Below, piece after piece: positions 35,331-48,119 of a DNA stretch of 64,000 nucleotides (positions are counted from its first letter, which is position 1; the number at the start of each line of letters is the position of its first letter). The translations under genes were made by a program, and so were the position numbers. This DNA is from Mobula hypostoma (lineage: Eukaryota): positions 107,882,001-107,946,000 of the forward strand of contig NC_086108.1 of NCBI RefSeq assembly GCF_963921235.1, read 5' to 3'. Under the pieces are notes generated by a model. It saw nothing but the letters and a program-made list of their open reading frames with translations, did not search any database and was not told where the DNA came from.

Positions 35331-38179
35331 AAAAGGATTTTCAACTATTGCTCTGTGACTCCAGGACTATAAACTGACAGTGTTATTGCTTATATTTGAA
35401 GGAATAATGCATTTCCCAAACATGACACTTCGTCAGATACTTTGCAGCCAATTACGTACATGTGGGAGGCGGTTTGTGTTCACTAGACTTCCTCAGCTGT
35501 AGGATAATGACTGAAGAATTCTTCCGAGTAATGTTGGGAGTGTGTTAAGCTTGGGAAAGGCACCCCCAGACATTCTGTAAGAAATTGCTGTGAAATTACT
35601 CCTATCGGTCTCAGGAGACAGATAAGGCTCAGGTTTAAATTCAGCTGTAAGATGGTGCTCCTGGCTGAACTTCAGTCAATGTTTGCCTAGCAGATCAGTT
35701 GCCATGCCAAGCTGTGCTGCATCTGGATGGGATGCTCTCTATGGAAAGAGCATTATTCGTCACATGCATTGAAACATCAAAATGTACAGTGGAATGCATC
35801 ATTTGTATCAATAACCAACACAGTCTGAGGACGTGCTGGGGGCAGCCCACAAGTATCGATGTGCTTCTGGTACCAACATAGCATGTCCACAACTTACTAG
35901 CCTGTACTAACTCCTATGTCTTTGGAATGTTGGTGGAAACCCACACAGTCATGGGGAGAATGTACAAACTCCTTACAGACAGTGACAGGAATCGAACCCC
36001 AATCAGTGGTACTGTAACTGTTACACTATGTTTGGGGCCAGTGGAAGACAACTGGTTTGAAGAAGAGACACACGTTCAGAATCAGAATCAGGTTTATTAC
36101 CACAGGCATATGTCATGAAATTTGTTGGTTTGCAGGAGGAGAACAGTGCAATGCTTAACAAAATTATAATAGTTCATAATTAATTTGCAATATTAATTTA
36201 TTAAAATAAAAATGTTACATTAAGAAATATAAAAAAAGAAAAATATTGCAAAATCGTGAGATGGTGTTCACGGCTTCATTGTCCATTCAGAAATCTGATG
36301 GCAGAGGGGAAGGAGCCATTTCTAAAATATTGAGTGTGTGTCTTCAAGTTCCTGTACCTCCTTCCTGATGATAGCAAAGAGAAGAGCGCACGTCCTGGGT
36401 GAGTTTACTACCCTCTGCAACTTTTTCCAATCCTGTGCATAGGAGTCTCCACGCCAGATGGTGATGCAACCAGTCAGAATGCTCTCCATGGTACAGCTGT
36501 AAAAATCTGAAGTCCACGGGGGGGTTAAAGTTCCAAGTCTTTCCCAATTGTGTGAAATTCTGGTGCAAAGTTAATGAAAACTAGCATCTGTCCTGAGAAA
36601 TGTTAAGGTCTGGCCTTATACAGGGAATAAGGGGAATTATAGAGTCATGAGAGAGGAGCTTGCCAGGTGGATTGGATGGGGATACTGGGGGGGATGATGG
36701 CAGAGCAGAGATGGTTGAAGTTTCTGGGAATAGTTCACAAGGCAATAGATAGATATGTCTCACAGATGACAGGGTAGGTAACCATTGCTGACAAAGAAGT
36801 TAAGGACTGCATAAAAGCCAAGGAAAGGGCATATCAGGTAGCAAAAGTGAGTGGAAAGGTGGATGATTAGGAAGCTTTTAAAATCCAACAAAAGGCAACA
36901 TAAAAAGCTATAAGAAGGAAAAGATGAAATATGAGGGCAGACTAGCCAATAATATAAAGCAGGATACCGAAAGTTTTTTCAGTCATATAAAGAATAAAAG
37001 GGAGGTGAGAGTTGATATTGGACCACAGGAAGATGATGCTGGTGAGGTAGTAATGGGGGACAAAGAAATGGCAGATGAACCCAATGGGTACCTTGCATCT
37101 GTCTTCACTGTGGAAGACACTAGCAGTGCGCCAGAGGTCTGTGAGTGTCAGGGAGCAGGAGTGAGTGTCATTGCTATTACAAAGAAAAAGTGCTAGGTAA
37201 ACTCAAAGGTCTTAAGGTGAATAAGTCACCAGGGCCAGATGGACTACATCCCAGAGTCCTGAGAGGGGTTGTTGAAGAGATAATGGGTGCATTGGTCATG
37301 ATCTTTCAAGAATCACTTGATTCTGGCATGGTCCCAGGCAATCGCAAATGTCACTCCACTCTTTAAGAAGGGAGGAAGGCAAAAAAATGAAATTATAGGC
37401 CAGGTAGCCTAATCTCAGTGGTTGGGAAAGTGTTGGAGTCTATTATTAAGGATGAGGTTTCAAGGTGCTTGGAGACTAATGATAAAATAAGTCAGTCAGC
37501 ATGGTTTCTGTAAAGGGAAATTTGCCTGACAAATCCATTAGAATTCTTTGAGGAAATAACAGCAGGGTGGACAAAGGAGAGGCAGTGGATGTCACATACC
37601 TAGATTTTCAGAAGGCATTTGATAAGGTGCTTCATATGAGGCTGCTTAACAAGATAAAATCTTATGGCATTACAGGAAAGATACTAGGATGAACAGGAGA
37701 ATAGCTGACAGGTAGGAGCCAGTGAGTGGGAATAAAAGGGGCCTTTTCTGGTTGGCTGCCAGTGACTAGTGATGTTCCTCAGGTGTCAGTATTGGGACTG
37801 CTGCTTTTCACATTGTCAATGATTTGGATAATGGAATTGATAGCTTTGTGGCAAAGTTTGCGGATGATATGGAGATAGGTGGAGGCATAGGTAGTGCTGA
37901 GGAAGGAATGCAATTGCAACAGGACTTAAACAAATTGGAAGAATGGGCAAAAAAGTGGCAGATGGAATATAATATTGAGAAATGTATGAAAATGCATTTT
38001 GGTAAAAAGGAACAATATCTATTATCTAATTGGGGAGAAGGTTCAAACATCAGAGATGCAGGGGGACTTAGGAGTCCTTGTGCAAGACTCCCAGAAGGTT
38101 ACTTTACAGATTGAGTCTGTGGTAAAGAAGGCAAATCAAATGTTGTCATTTATTTCAAGGAGATAATGCTAAGCCTTTC

Positions 38180-38904
38180 TAATAGGTTTCAATAGGTACA
38201 TTTAATGTCAGAAAAATGTGTACAATATACATCCTGAAATTCTCTTTCTTCACAAACATCCACGAAAGCTGGGGAGTACTCTAAAGAATGAATGACAGTT
38301 AAAGCATTAGAATGTATAAGCAGCAGCAAGGAAATGAACCCCTCCCCACCCCCACCAGCAAAAAAGCATCGGCGCCCTCCACTGAACACTCAAGCATGCA
38401 GCAAAGCATCAATAAAGACATAGATTTGCAGTACCCCAAAGACTACTCGTTCACCTGGTAATTCGACATACCACAGGCTCTCCTCTCCTTACTAAGGGGA
38501 GACATAACAAACAACTCACTGATTTACGATGTGAAAAGTATGTTGCGTCGCTTTTTCTGAGCTTTGAGCCCAGAGAGTTGGCCTCAGGGCTCAGGCCGCT
38601 GGACACACAACACCCCCAAACCCAGCAGCTAACCCACTGTTCCTGGTATTCCGTGTTCTTCCGTGATGCTTCTGTCAGGGGCACCTGCCTAGAATCAGCC
38701 CGTCCCCAGAGCCACAAAATTCCAGAAACCTGAAGGCATGCTGGTCTTCCAGGCCGCGCCCTTGGGATATCAAAAAGTGGCCTGTCATGAGGCCCTGAAA
38801 GCAGCTCCCATACCCGCAAAGAACCAAAGTCAGAGTGTAACTCCAGGTCAGGGTCTTCAAAAGAATCTTGAAAAGGGAAAAAAGAAATATCAAAGATGGA
38901 GACA
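38180..38904 (-). mobile_element. Non-autonomous retroelement nested in CR1
   Basis: Interrupts contiguous CR1 sequence (gctaagccttt | tataagacact); short repeated tail aataggtttcaatagg; homologous to 21783-22785. Confidence 0.65.
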
Positions 38905-39022
38905 TATAAGACACTATTCAGGCCATATTTGGAGTATTGTCAACCGTCTTGGGCCTCATATCTCAGAAATTATGAGTTCAGAGGAGGTTCACAAGGATGA
39001 TTCTGGTAATGAAGATTAACTA

Positions 39023-39847
39023 ATGAAGGTCAGCAAGACCAAAGAATTGGTTGTTGACTTCAGAAGGAGTAGCGGACCGCACAACCCAATTTACATCGGT
39101 GGTGCGCAAGTGGAACAGGTCAAAAGCTTTAAGTTCCTTGGGGTCAATATCACAAATGACCTGACTTGGTCCAACCAAGCAGAGTTCACTGCCAAGAAGG
39201 CCCACCAAGCGCCTTTACTTCCTGAGAAAACTAAAGAAATTTGGCCTGTCCCCTAAAACCCTCACTAATTTTTATAGATGCACCGTAGAAAGCATTCTTC
39301 TAGGGTGCATCACAACCTGGTATGGAGGTTGTCCTGTCCAAGACCGAAAGAAGCTGCAGAAGATCATGAACACGGCGCAGCACATCACGCAAACCAATCT
39401 TCCATCTGTGGACTCACTTTACACCGCACGCTGTCGGAGCAGGATAATCGAGGACACAACCCACCCAGCCAACAGACTTTTCGTCCCTCTTCCCTCCGGG
39501 AGAAGGTCCAGGAGCCTGAAGACTTGTACGACCAGATTTGGGAACAGCTTCTTTCCAACTGTGATAAGACTGCTGAACGGATCCTGACCCGGATCTGGGC
39601 CGTACCCTCCAAATATCCGGACCTGCCTCTCAGTTTTTTTGCACTACATTACTTCCCATTTTTCTATTTTCTATTTTCTATTTATGATTTATAATTTAAA
39701 TGTTTAATATTTACTGATTTTAACCATTTTTAATATTTATAATATTTAATATTTGTAATCCAGGGAGTGTGAAGTGCAGAATCAAATATCGCTGTGATGA
39801 TTGTACGTTCTAGTATCAATTGTTTGGCGACAGTAAAGTATAAAGTA
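39023..39847 (+). mobile_element. Young 5'-truncated Rex1/Babar LINE with 6-bp TSD TAACTA, nested in CR1
   Basis: VSKTKELVVDFRR...FKFLGVNITNDLTWS...KKAHQ; HPANRLFVPLPSGRRSRSLKTCTTRFGNSFFPTVIRLLN; taacta at 39017-39022 and 39848-39853. Confidence 0.9.
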
Positions 39848-40950
39848 TAACTATGTGAGGAGAATTTGGCAGCTCTGGGTCTGTACTCACTGGAATTTAG
39901 AAGAATGTGTGGGGATCTCGTTGAAACCTACCGAATGTTGAAAGGATTAGATAGGATGGATGTGGAGAAGACGTTGCCTATGGTGGGGGTATCCAGAACT
40001 AGAGGGCACAACCTCAAATTGAGGGGCGACCCTTTAGAACGGAGGTAAAGAGGAATTTTTTTAGCCGTGGAGTAGTAAATCTGTGGAATGCTCTGCCACA
40101 GGCTGCAGTGGAGGCCAAGTCTATGCATATATTTAAGCTGGAAGTTGATTGTTTCCTGATCAGTCAGGGCATCAAAGGATAAGGCAGGTGTGTGGGACTG
40201 GTGGAATCAGGATCAGCCATGATGGAATAGCAGAGCAGACTCAAGGGCTGAGTGGCCTAATTCTGCTCCTATGTCTTATGCTCTTATAGAACATAGAACA
40301 GTACAGTACAGGAACAAGCCATTCGGCCCACCATGTCTGTGCTGAATACGATGTTAACTTAAACTAAATCCCTTTTGCCTGCCCATGATCCATGAATTGA
40401 TCTGTATGGATGATATGGGAGTAATTTTTTTCACTGTACCTCTGCACTGTGGTACATTGGACAATATTAAACCAATTTACCAATTTGCGTGCGTATTCAG
40501 ATTCAGATTTATTACATGCACGTCGAAGCATACAGTGAAATGCATCTTTTGCGCTAACAACCACGCACCCAAGTTGTGCTGGGGGCAGCCTGCAAGTGTT
40601 GCCAGCCAGATGTTCCGGTGCTAACGTAGCACTCCCACAATGCTCAGCAGAACAACACAAACAACAACAACAATAGGACAAGAACAAGACAACAGGAGCA
40701 AAACTAGCCCCTTTCCCACCATCCCATTCCCTCACACACACAGGCCTCCAACCCCAAGACAGGCCACCTCTGGATCTCCAGTCCTTTGCTCCGGACTCTC
40801 AAATATGCAGACAATTGCACCTCCAGCCTCTTGTCTGAGGCCCACATTCCCAGAGATGGAGATATCAGGCCTCCTCCAGCCTCCTGTCCCTGGCCCAGAT
40901 CCCCAGAATTGAAGACAATCAGGCCTCCAATCTCCAACTTCGTGTGACTA

Positions 40951-41348
40951 CAGTACCATGCAAAAATCTTCGACACATGTAAAAACATTCTGTGAAAGGA
41001 AGATGCTTTCAAAAATAATGAAATGAAAAGTTTCTGAATACTGTATCAAAAAAATTACTCTAAAGAGCAGAAAGCAGTAAAAAAAAATCAAATTTGCCTT
41101 TAAAACTGCATCAATTCTTTTAGGTACACTGTTGTGCTGTTTTGTAAGGAAATTGACTGGTAGGTTGTTCTAAGCATCTTGGAGAACGTGCCACAGTTCT
41201 TCTGCAGACTTTGACCGTCTCACTTGCTTCTGTCTCTCTAGGTAATCCCAAGCAGCCTCCATGATGTGGAGATCAGGGCTCTGTGGAAGCCATACCCTCT
41301 GAAACCAGATAAAATATCTCGGGTGCCTTAGCCTTTTGCACAGCGCTA
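40951..41348 (-). mobile_element. Tc1-like deleted transposon retaining the transposase C-terminal motif
   Basis: TA-flanked degenerate TIRs cagtaccatgcaaaaatctt / gccttttgcacagcgcta; minus-strand WLPQSPDLHIMEAAWDYLERQ resembles the Tc1 WPxxSPDLNPIE motif. Confidence 0.8.
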
Positions 41349-43399
41349 TATCTGAAAGCCTCCTTAACACTGCTATTGTATCTACTGTAACCACCCCCAT
41401 GGGGTAAGCCTGAGGGACTGGGGAATGAGACAATAATATAAAAAGATAAAAATAAGAAGTAGAAGCAGGGTATTTGGCCCTTTATCCCCCCTTGCTTGTT
41501 CAGTAAGATATTGGCTTATCCTTTATCACAGTGACACTTTACTGTTCTGACCCCATATCCTACGATTTCATTAATATCCAAACGCCTATCAATTACAGAT
41601 AAGATTGGCTTGCTGACTTTAGCCATCTGGGCCAGAACTTTGGACTCTTTATTGGGGAAGGGAGAGATAGGGTTGGTATCATGACAAGCTCAGTTCTCGA
41701 CAGTCCTTGTTAATCTGACCTTCCCCCTCCAGCAAGGACACATGCCACAGACATCCCAGAAAGATCTTAATGACTGACAGAATCCCAGTCGCTAAAAGCA
41801 ACAGGAAACATTGAACACAACAGCACAGTACTAACCCTTTGGCTGACAATGTTGTACAGACTTTATAACCTACTCCCTTCCCTCCCATACAACCCTCCAT
41901 TTTTCTATCATCCATGTACCTATTTCAGAGTCATTTATAATTCACTAATGTATTTGCCTCTACCATCACATATTGCAGGGTATTCCACACACCTACTCTC
42001 TCTGCATAAAAAAAACATTCAGAGTAAAAAAACTCAGACATTCCCCACCCCACGATACTTTCCTCCAATTACCTTAAAATTATGCCCCGTCATATTAGGA
42101 ATTGAGGAAAGTAGAACATTAAAAGAAAATTACAGATACGTCGACAAGTAAAATATTGGGAAGAGAATTTCCTCCTACATAATTGTGCATTTTTCTATCA
42201 TCCATGTGCTTCTCTAAGATTCTCTGAAATGTTCCTAATGTATCTGTCTCTACCACCACGACTGCCAGCACGTTCCACTCACCCACCACTCCCTGTGTAA
42301 AAAAAAACCTGCCTCTGACATCTCCACAGAATTTTTTTGGGAAAAAAAATCAGTCAGATTTCAATATAAGAAAGGAAAGTTTTCCCCTCTTGTGTCTCAG
42401 TATATCTTGCCATGAAAGCACATTTAATAGGATTCAAGAGCCACTAGGAGGACATAGGTGCATCTGTGTATGTATTCACCTTGCTGTGTTATTTCTGTTG
42501 TTATAAACATTTAAATGATAAAAGACTGTGTGTGTATTGTTGATTTACTTACTTTGGCCCATCACCAGAGCACTCTGTCATGGGCCAGTCTTTCAACTTG
42601 TCCCCAAGTTTAGCCCATCAAAGTTCCTACCTCTCTACGGGATGAGGTGTTTGGAGCCTCTGTTGGTGTTTCTGTAGCTCTGGGTTGTTAATGGGATGGG
42701 GTTGCTAACCCCATGCCTAACACTTCTCCTTTCACAGCTGGGTTTGGGACTGTCCCATGGTGGAATTTTTTCCCCAGGGTAGGGGGCTAAAACAAGGGGG
42801 CATAGATTTAGGGTGAGAGGGAAACAATTTAAAAGACAACTGAAGGGCAACTTTTTCATGACCATTTAATTAATTAGGAATAAATAAGGCAAAGTTTGCA
42901 GTTTACCTTAAAGGGCCACTTGGTCTTGTCTGAATTAACTCCTGCAATAAGCTAGGAAAAGGCGATGTATTTTTAAATGGCAATGATGTTCTGTGCTAGA
43001 TTCGTCTGCACATTGGAGCATGTTCAAGGTCCGCACAGAGTTGGAACAGAGATGGGGAGGACTTTCTTTGGCCAGAGGGTGGTGAATCTGTGGAATTGAT
43101 CGTGGAGGCCAAGTCTTTGTGTGTACAGCATTTAAAGTGGACGTTGATAGGTTCTTGATTAGTAAGGGTGTCAAAGGTTACGGGGAGAAGGTAGGAGAAT
43201 GGGGTTGAGAGGGATAATAAGTCAGCATGATTGAGTGGAAGAATAGATTTGATGAGCCGAATGGCCTAATTCTGCTTCTATGTCCTATACCGTTATAAAC
43301 CAGGAAGCATCTGGGTAAATCTCCTCTGCGTCCTCCCAAAACTTACATATCCTTCCTTTAGTGAGGTGACCAGAACTGTACACAATATACCAACTGTGA

Positions 43400-44135
43400 T
43401 CTATGTGCATGTGAGTGACTCTGTATCTGTGTGTATGTGTCTTTGTGTGTCTGTAAGAGAGAGAATGACTGTGTATGTGTGTGTGTCTGTCTGCATGTGT
43501 ATGTGCTTGTGTGTGTCTCTGTATGTGTGTGTATGTGTATCTGTGCATGAGACTGTGTGTGTATGTCTGCGGTGTCTGTGTGTCATGTCTGTATCTGTGT
43601 GTGTCTATGTCTGTGTATCTGTGTGTGTGTGTGTATGAATATGGTGTGTGTGTGTGTATGTGTATGTTCGTGGTGCATGTGTGTCTGTGTGTGTCTATGT
43701 CTGTGTATCTCTGTGTGTGCGTGTGTGTGTGTCTGTGTATGTTTGTGATGTGTGTGTCTGTCTGTGTATCTGTGTGTGTGTGTCTATGTCTGTGTATCTC
43801 TGTGTGTGTGTGTATGAATATGGTGTGTGTGTATGTGTATGTTCGTGGTGCATGTGTGTCTGTGTGTGTCTATGTGTGTCTGTCTGTGTATCTCTGTGTG
43901 TGCGTGTCTGTGTATGTTTGTGATGTGTGTGTCTATGTCTGTGTGTGTGTGTGTGTCTATATCTGTGTATCTGTGTGTGTGTCTGTGTATGTCTGGTGTG
44001 TGTGTGTATGTAACTGTGTGTGTGTGTCTGTGTGTCTATGTGTATGTTTGTGGTGTGTGTGTGTATGTTTGTGATGTGTGTGTGTGTGTGTGTCTATGTC
44101 TGTGTATCTGTGTGTGTGTGTGTGTGTGTGTATTG
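43400..44135. repeat. Degenerate (TG)n microsatellite field with an internal ~180-bp higher-order duplication
   Basis: gtgtatgaatatggtgtg...tatgttcgtggtgcatgtgtgtctg occurs near 43631 and 43810. Confidence 0.93.
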
Positions 44136-44436
44136 TGTGCACTGTATCCAACAGTCTCTGCATGGTGGGGATGTCGAACATAAGTTACCTGACAACTAAA
44201 GAGCCCAGTGAATCCCGATTGGAAGTGGTGATACTCTCATTAGTTGAATCCAGTCATTGACTGGCACTTTCTGTGGCAAGATTATAAACAGGAGCAGTCC
44301 ACCTCACTGGTTAGATCAGGCTGCCTCCAGCAGGTCAGATGATCGCACTATCTGAGGTGTATTGTTAGGAACTTGTCTCTAAATAATATGATCAAGGATC
44401 TATGAAGGGATGTGCACATACTTCTGACGTAACCTA

Positions 44437-44851
44437 CACTCGGTAACCACTTTGCTAGATCCCTCCTGTACCTAATAAAGTGGCCTCTGAGTGTATGGTC
44501 CTTGTCTTCTGCTGTTGTAGTCCATCCATTTCAAAGTCTGACATGTTGTGCATTCAGAGATACTCTTCTGCATACCACTGTTGTAACTTGTGGTTATCTA
44601 CGTTACTGCCGCTTTCCTGTCAGCTTGAACCAGTCTGGCCATTCTCCTCTGACCCCTCTCATTAACAAGGCATTTTCGCCCACAGAACTGCCGCTCACTG
44701 GATTTTTGTTTGTTTTGGTTTTTGTACCATTCTCTGTAAACTCTAGGGAGTGTTGTCTGTAAAAATCCCAAGAAAATCAGCAGTTTCTGTGACATCAAAC
44801 CAGTCCGTCTGGCACCAACGAGCAGGTGTACAGGTGTGCCTAATAAAGTGG
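44437..44851 (-). mobile_element. Tc1-like non-autonomous DNA transposon
   Basis: TIR remnants (tacctaataaagtgg) and reverse-complement homology to 49388-49926. Confidence 0.75.
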
Positions 44852-45184
44852 GTATTACACCTGTAGAGCTTACGTCTTCATTACTCAAAAGCCTGAATCA
44901 AACGGTCTACTTGCTGACATTGCAGTATTATAGTGTTGTAGAGAAAGTGAGTCAAAGATTCAAACAGGCCCTTCAGCCCATCATGCCCATGCCAGCCCTT
45001 TCCCTCCATCTACACTGATCTCTTTTGCCTACATTAGAACTGTTTCTGCCTGTTTACCTGCCTAGTGTGAACAATTTAAAGAAACTAAAGACAGTGCATA
45101 TCAAGCTATCTGGCAATCATCAGTTACAATGACCTGCCTGTGATCTGCACTAGACCACACTCGAGAGCGCTACAATACAAAAGC

Positions 45185-45972
45185 AAGAATGTAATGCTGA
45201 GGCTTTATAAGGCATTGTTCAGACTGCACTTGGAGCATTGAGAGCAGTTTTGGGCCCCTTTATCTAAGAAACGCTGTGGGGACTCTGGAGAGGGCCTAGA
45301 GACCGTTCCTGAGAATGAAAGAGTTGACGTATGAGGAGCTGTGGGCCTGTACTCACTGGAGCCTGAAAGAATGAGGAAGGATCTCATTGAAACCTATGGA
45401 AGATTGAAAGACTAAGATAGAATGGATGTGGAGAGGATGTTTCCCCCCACTGGGAGAGTCTACACCAAAGGGCAGCAGCCTCAGAATAGAAGGTCATCAC
45501 GTTAGAACAGAGATGAGGAGGAATTTCTTTAGCCAGAGGGTGGTGAGTCTTAAACACAAAATACTCTGCAGATGCTGGGGTCGAAGCAACAACTCACAAC
45601 ACGCTGGAGGAACTCAGCAGGTCGGGCAGCATCCGTGGAAATGAATAGTCAGTGTTTCGGGCCGAGACCCTGTTCCGGGGTCCTGACGAAGGGTCTCGGC
45701 CCGAAATGTTGACTGTTTGTTTCCACGGATGCTGCCCGACCTGCTGAGTTCCTCCAGCGTGTGGTGGGTGGTGAGTCTGTGGCTGTTGAGGCCAAATCAT
45801 TGGGTATATTTAAAGTGGAGGTTGATAGGTTCCTGATAAGTCAGGGTGTCAAAGGTTATGGGGAGTATGTGGTTGAGAGGGATAATAAATCAGTCATGAT
45901 AGAATAGTGGAGCAGACTTAATAAGCTCATTGGCTGAGCTGTGCTCCTGTTTCTTTGGGCTTTATGGTCTTA
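45185..45972 (+). mobile_element. CR1-clade LINE 3' region, interrupted at 45551-45765
   Basis: gtaatgctgaggctttataaggcattg...gcagttttgggccccttt...SLRIEGHHVRTEMRRNFFSQRVV. Confidence 0.8.
45551..45765. mobile_element. Penelope-derived palindromic element with hammerhead motif and exact 13-bp TSD
   Basis: Arms acacgctggaggaactcagcaggtcgggcagcatccgtggaaa / tttccacggatgctgcccgacctgctgagttcctccagcgtgt; gtc-CTGACGA-agggtctcggccc-GAAAT-gtt-gac at 45680-45713; TSD gggtggtgagtct at 45538-45550 and 45766-45778. Confidence 0.9.
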
Positions 45973-46468
45973 CGGCACTGTGACTCAGCAGAATGGTGAC
46001 TGGAATCATACTTAGGTGGCTGAGCGATTAATCTGAAGATAGTTCAAATCCCACTAATGTATTTAGGAAGCTTAAAATTGATAAATCGTTTTATCATTGT
46101 TACACGTGCCAAGGTATGTTAAAAACCTTTGATTTGCATATCATCTGTATAGATCATTTCATTACACTGAGCATTGAGGGAGTGCAAGGGAAAACAATAA
46201 CAGAATGCAGAATAAAGTGTTACAGTTACAGAGAAAGTGCAGTGCAGACAGACAGTAAGGTGCGAGTTTATCAATACATAGATTGGAGGCCCAAAGAGTT
46301 TAAATTAATTTGAATGAACTGAATGAATCTGGATTTAAAATCTGATTTTGTGATAACATTGGATTGTTATAAAAGCCTATCCAAAGTTCAAAGTAAATTT
46401 ATTATCAAAGTATGCACAGGATATGTCATTGTATGCTACTTTGATATTCATTTTCTTGTGGGCATTAA

Positions 46469-46771
46469 AGTAAGTAAAGGCATCCGTTAGTCTTGCGAGA
46501 CCATGGATCTGTGCCTGGAAAGTCTTCACTCTCCAGGGCGCAGGCCTGGGCGGGGTTGTATGGAAGACCAGCAGTTATCTATGCTGCAAGTGTCCCCTCT
46601 CCACGACAGCAATGTTGTCCAAGGGAAGGGCATTAGGATCCATACAGCTTGGCACCGGTGTCGTCGCAGAGCAATGTGTGATTAAGTGCCTTGCTCAAGG
46701 ACACAACACGTTCCCTTAGCTGGGGCTTGAACTCACGACCTTCAGGTCACTAGTCCAATGCCTTAACCACT
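46469..46771 (-). mobile_element. tRNA-headed SINE with CORE-like domain, copy 3, 7-bp TSD GCATTAA
   Basis: Homologous to 5583-5888; gcattaa at 46462-46468 and 46772-46778; inserted in a Rex1-like tail. Confidence 0.85.
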
Positions 46772-48119
46772 GCATTAACAGTGGATACAAAGAAAACCAC
46801 ACACGACACGGACAAAGACGGGCAAATAACCAATGTGTTCAAGAAGGCAAACTGCAAATACAGAAAAAAAGCAAATAAATAAATAAATAGAACATGAATT
46901 GTAGAGACCGGTTAACCAATGAGTAAAGAATTTCCCAGTTGTCAGGCGTTCCGCCTCCCATTCCCACACTGACATGTCTGGCCACGGCCTCCTCCACCGG
47001 CATGATGAGCCCAGACTCAAATCGGAGGAGCAACACCTCAAATTCCCTCTTGGTAACAGGAACATCAGATACAGGAGCAGAATTTGGCCGCTTGGCCTAT
47101 CGAGTCTGTTCTGCTATTCCATGGCTGATCCATTTTCTGGCCTGGCAGCATGACCATGGATTTCTCTAACTTTTCTCCAGTTACTTGAAGTTTCCTGCTC
47201 TAGTGAGGATGACTTGAAGGAGGAGTGAGAGAGACAATAACGTGATTGTTCCATGTTGGATCCTCATGCTGTTGCTCAAGGTTCTTTGAGAAGTCAAGAA
47301 AGAGGCACAAAACTTGATCATTTGATCATAAAATGATCATTTTACAGAGCACTAATAGAATAAAGAGAGTTGGAAACATAGTGCAAAATTCTAGTGGCTA
47401 AGAACAAAGAAACAGTAAACACTGAAGATGGTGGGCAATGTGGTCTGCCCTTCTTATACCCCATAGATAAAAAAAACTTTCCATTCAAATGTGCAAATAA
47501 GAGTTAGCCAGTCAGAGAGACCCTATTCATATAATGCAATACCAAGAAGATTTCAGAATAATGCAAATAACTGTGACCACTATGGGCTACACTGAACAGT
47601 TACACCTTCTGCTGCCCGGAAGGAGTTTGTGCGTTCTCCCCGTGACTGCGTGGTTCTCTCCGGGTGCTCCGGGTTTATCCACAGTCCAAAGATGTACCGG
47701 TTAGTAGGTTAATTGGTGATTGTAAAGTCCCGTGATTAGGCTGGGATTAAATCAGGGAATTGCTGGGCAGCGTGGCTTAAACAGCTGGAAGAGCCTATTC
47801 CGTGCTGTATCGTAATTAAAAATAAATAAATTGGAGTGCTTTAACCACAAGCAAACATACTAAACAGTTACATGTATACAGGTAGTTATATAAACTAGCA
47901 GGAGTTATAAAGTATTATATTGTCAAAGAAAATAACAATTATATAGTCCAATCCAGCATGTATTAAGAGCCAGCACAGATTCACCTGATAGAATCACCTC
48001 CTACTCTACCGAACAAACCTTTAACTCAATAGCTACCAAACCTTTGCTCCCAAGTGTATGGCAGGAACCAGGCCCCCTTGCGTTGAAGGTGACTGTTTGA
48101 TTCTCGGGGAGTAAAGTTT

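Larger units (their letters stand above)
36778..40290 (+). mobile_element. Long CR1-clade LINE ORF2 remnant with RT domain, split by two nested insertions
   Basis: KSPGPDGLHPRVL, VDVTYLDFQKAFDKV, VPQVSVLG, VAKFADDMEIGG, WAKKWQMEYNIEKC, then LGLYSLEFRRMCGDLVETYRMLKGLDR; many stops and frameshifts. CR1 segments are about 36778-38178, 38905-39022 and 39854-40290. Confidence 0.92.

Noticed and set aside
36924..38114. Reverse transcriptase motifs as a possible retron, DGR or other novel RT system
   Set aside because: The motifs are standard CR1 ORF2 with many stops and frameshifts in a vertebrate repeat context.
43366..44260. Cys/Val-rich and His/Thr-rich ORFs (also 23990-24682 and the Leu/Ser-rich ORFs at 56056-56783)
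   Set aside because: Stop-poor dinucleotide microsatellites, not genes.
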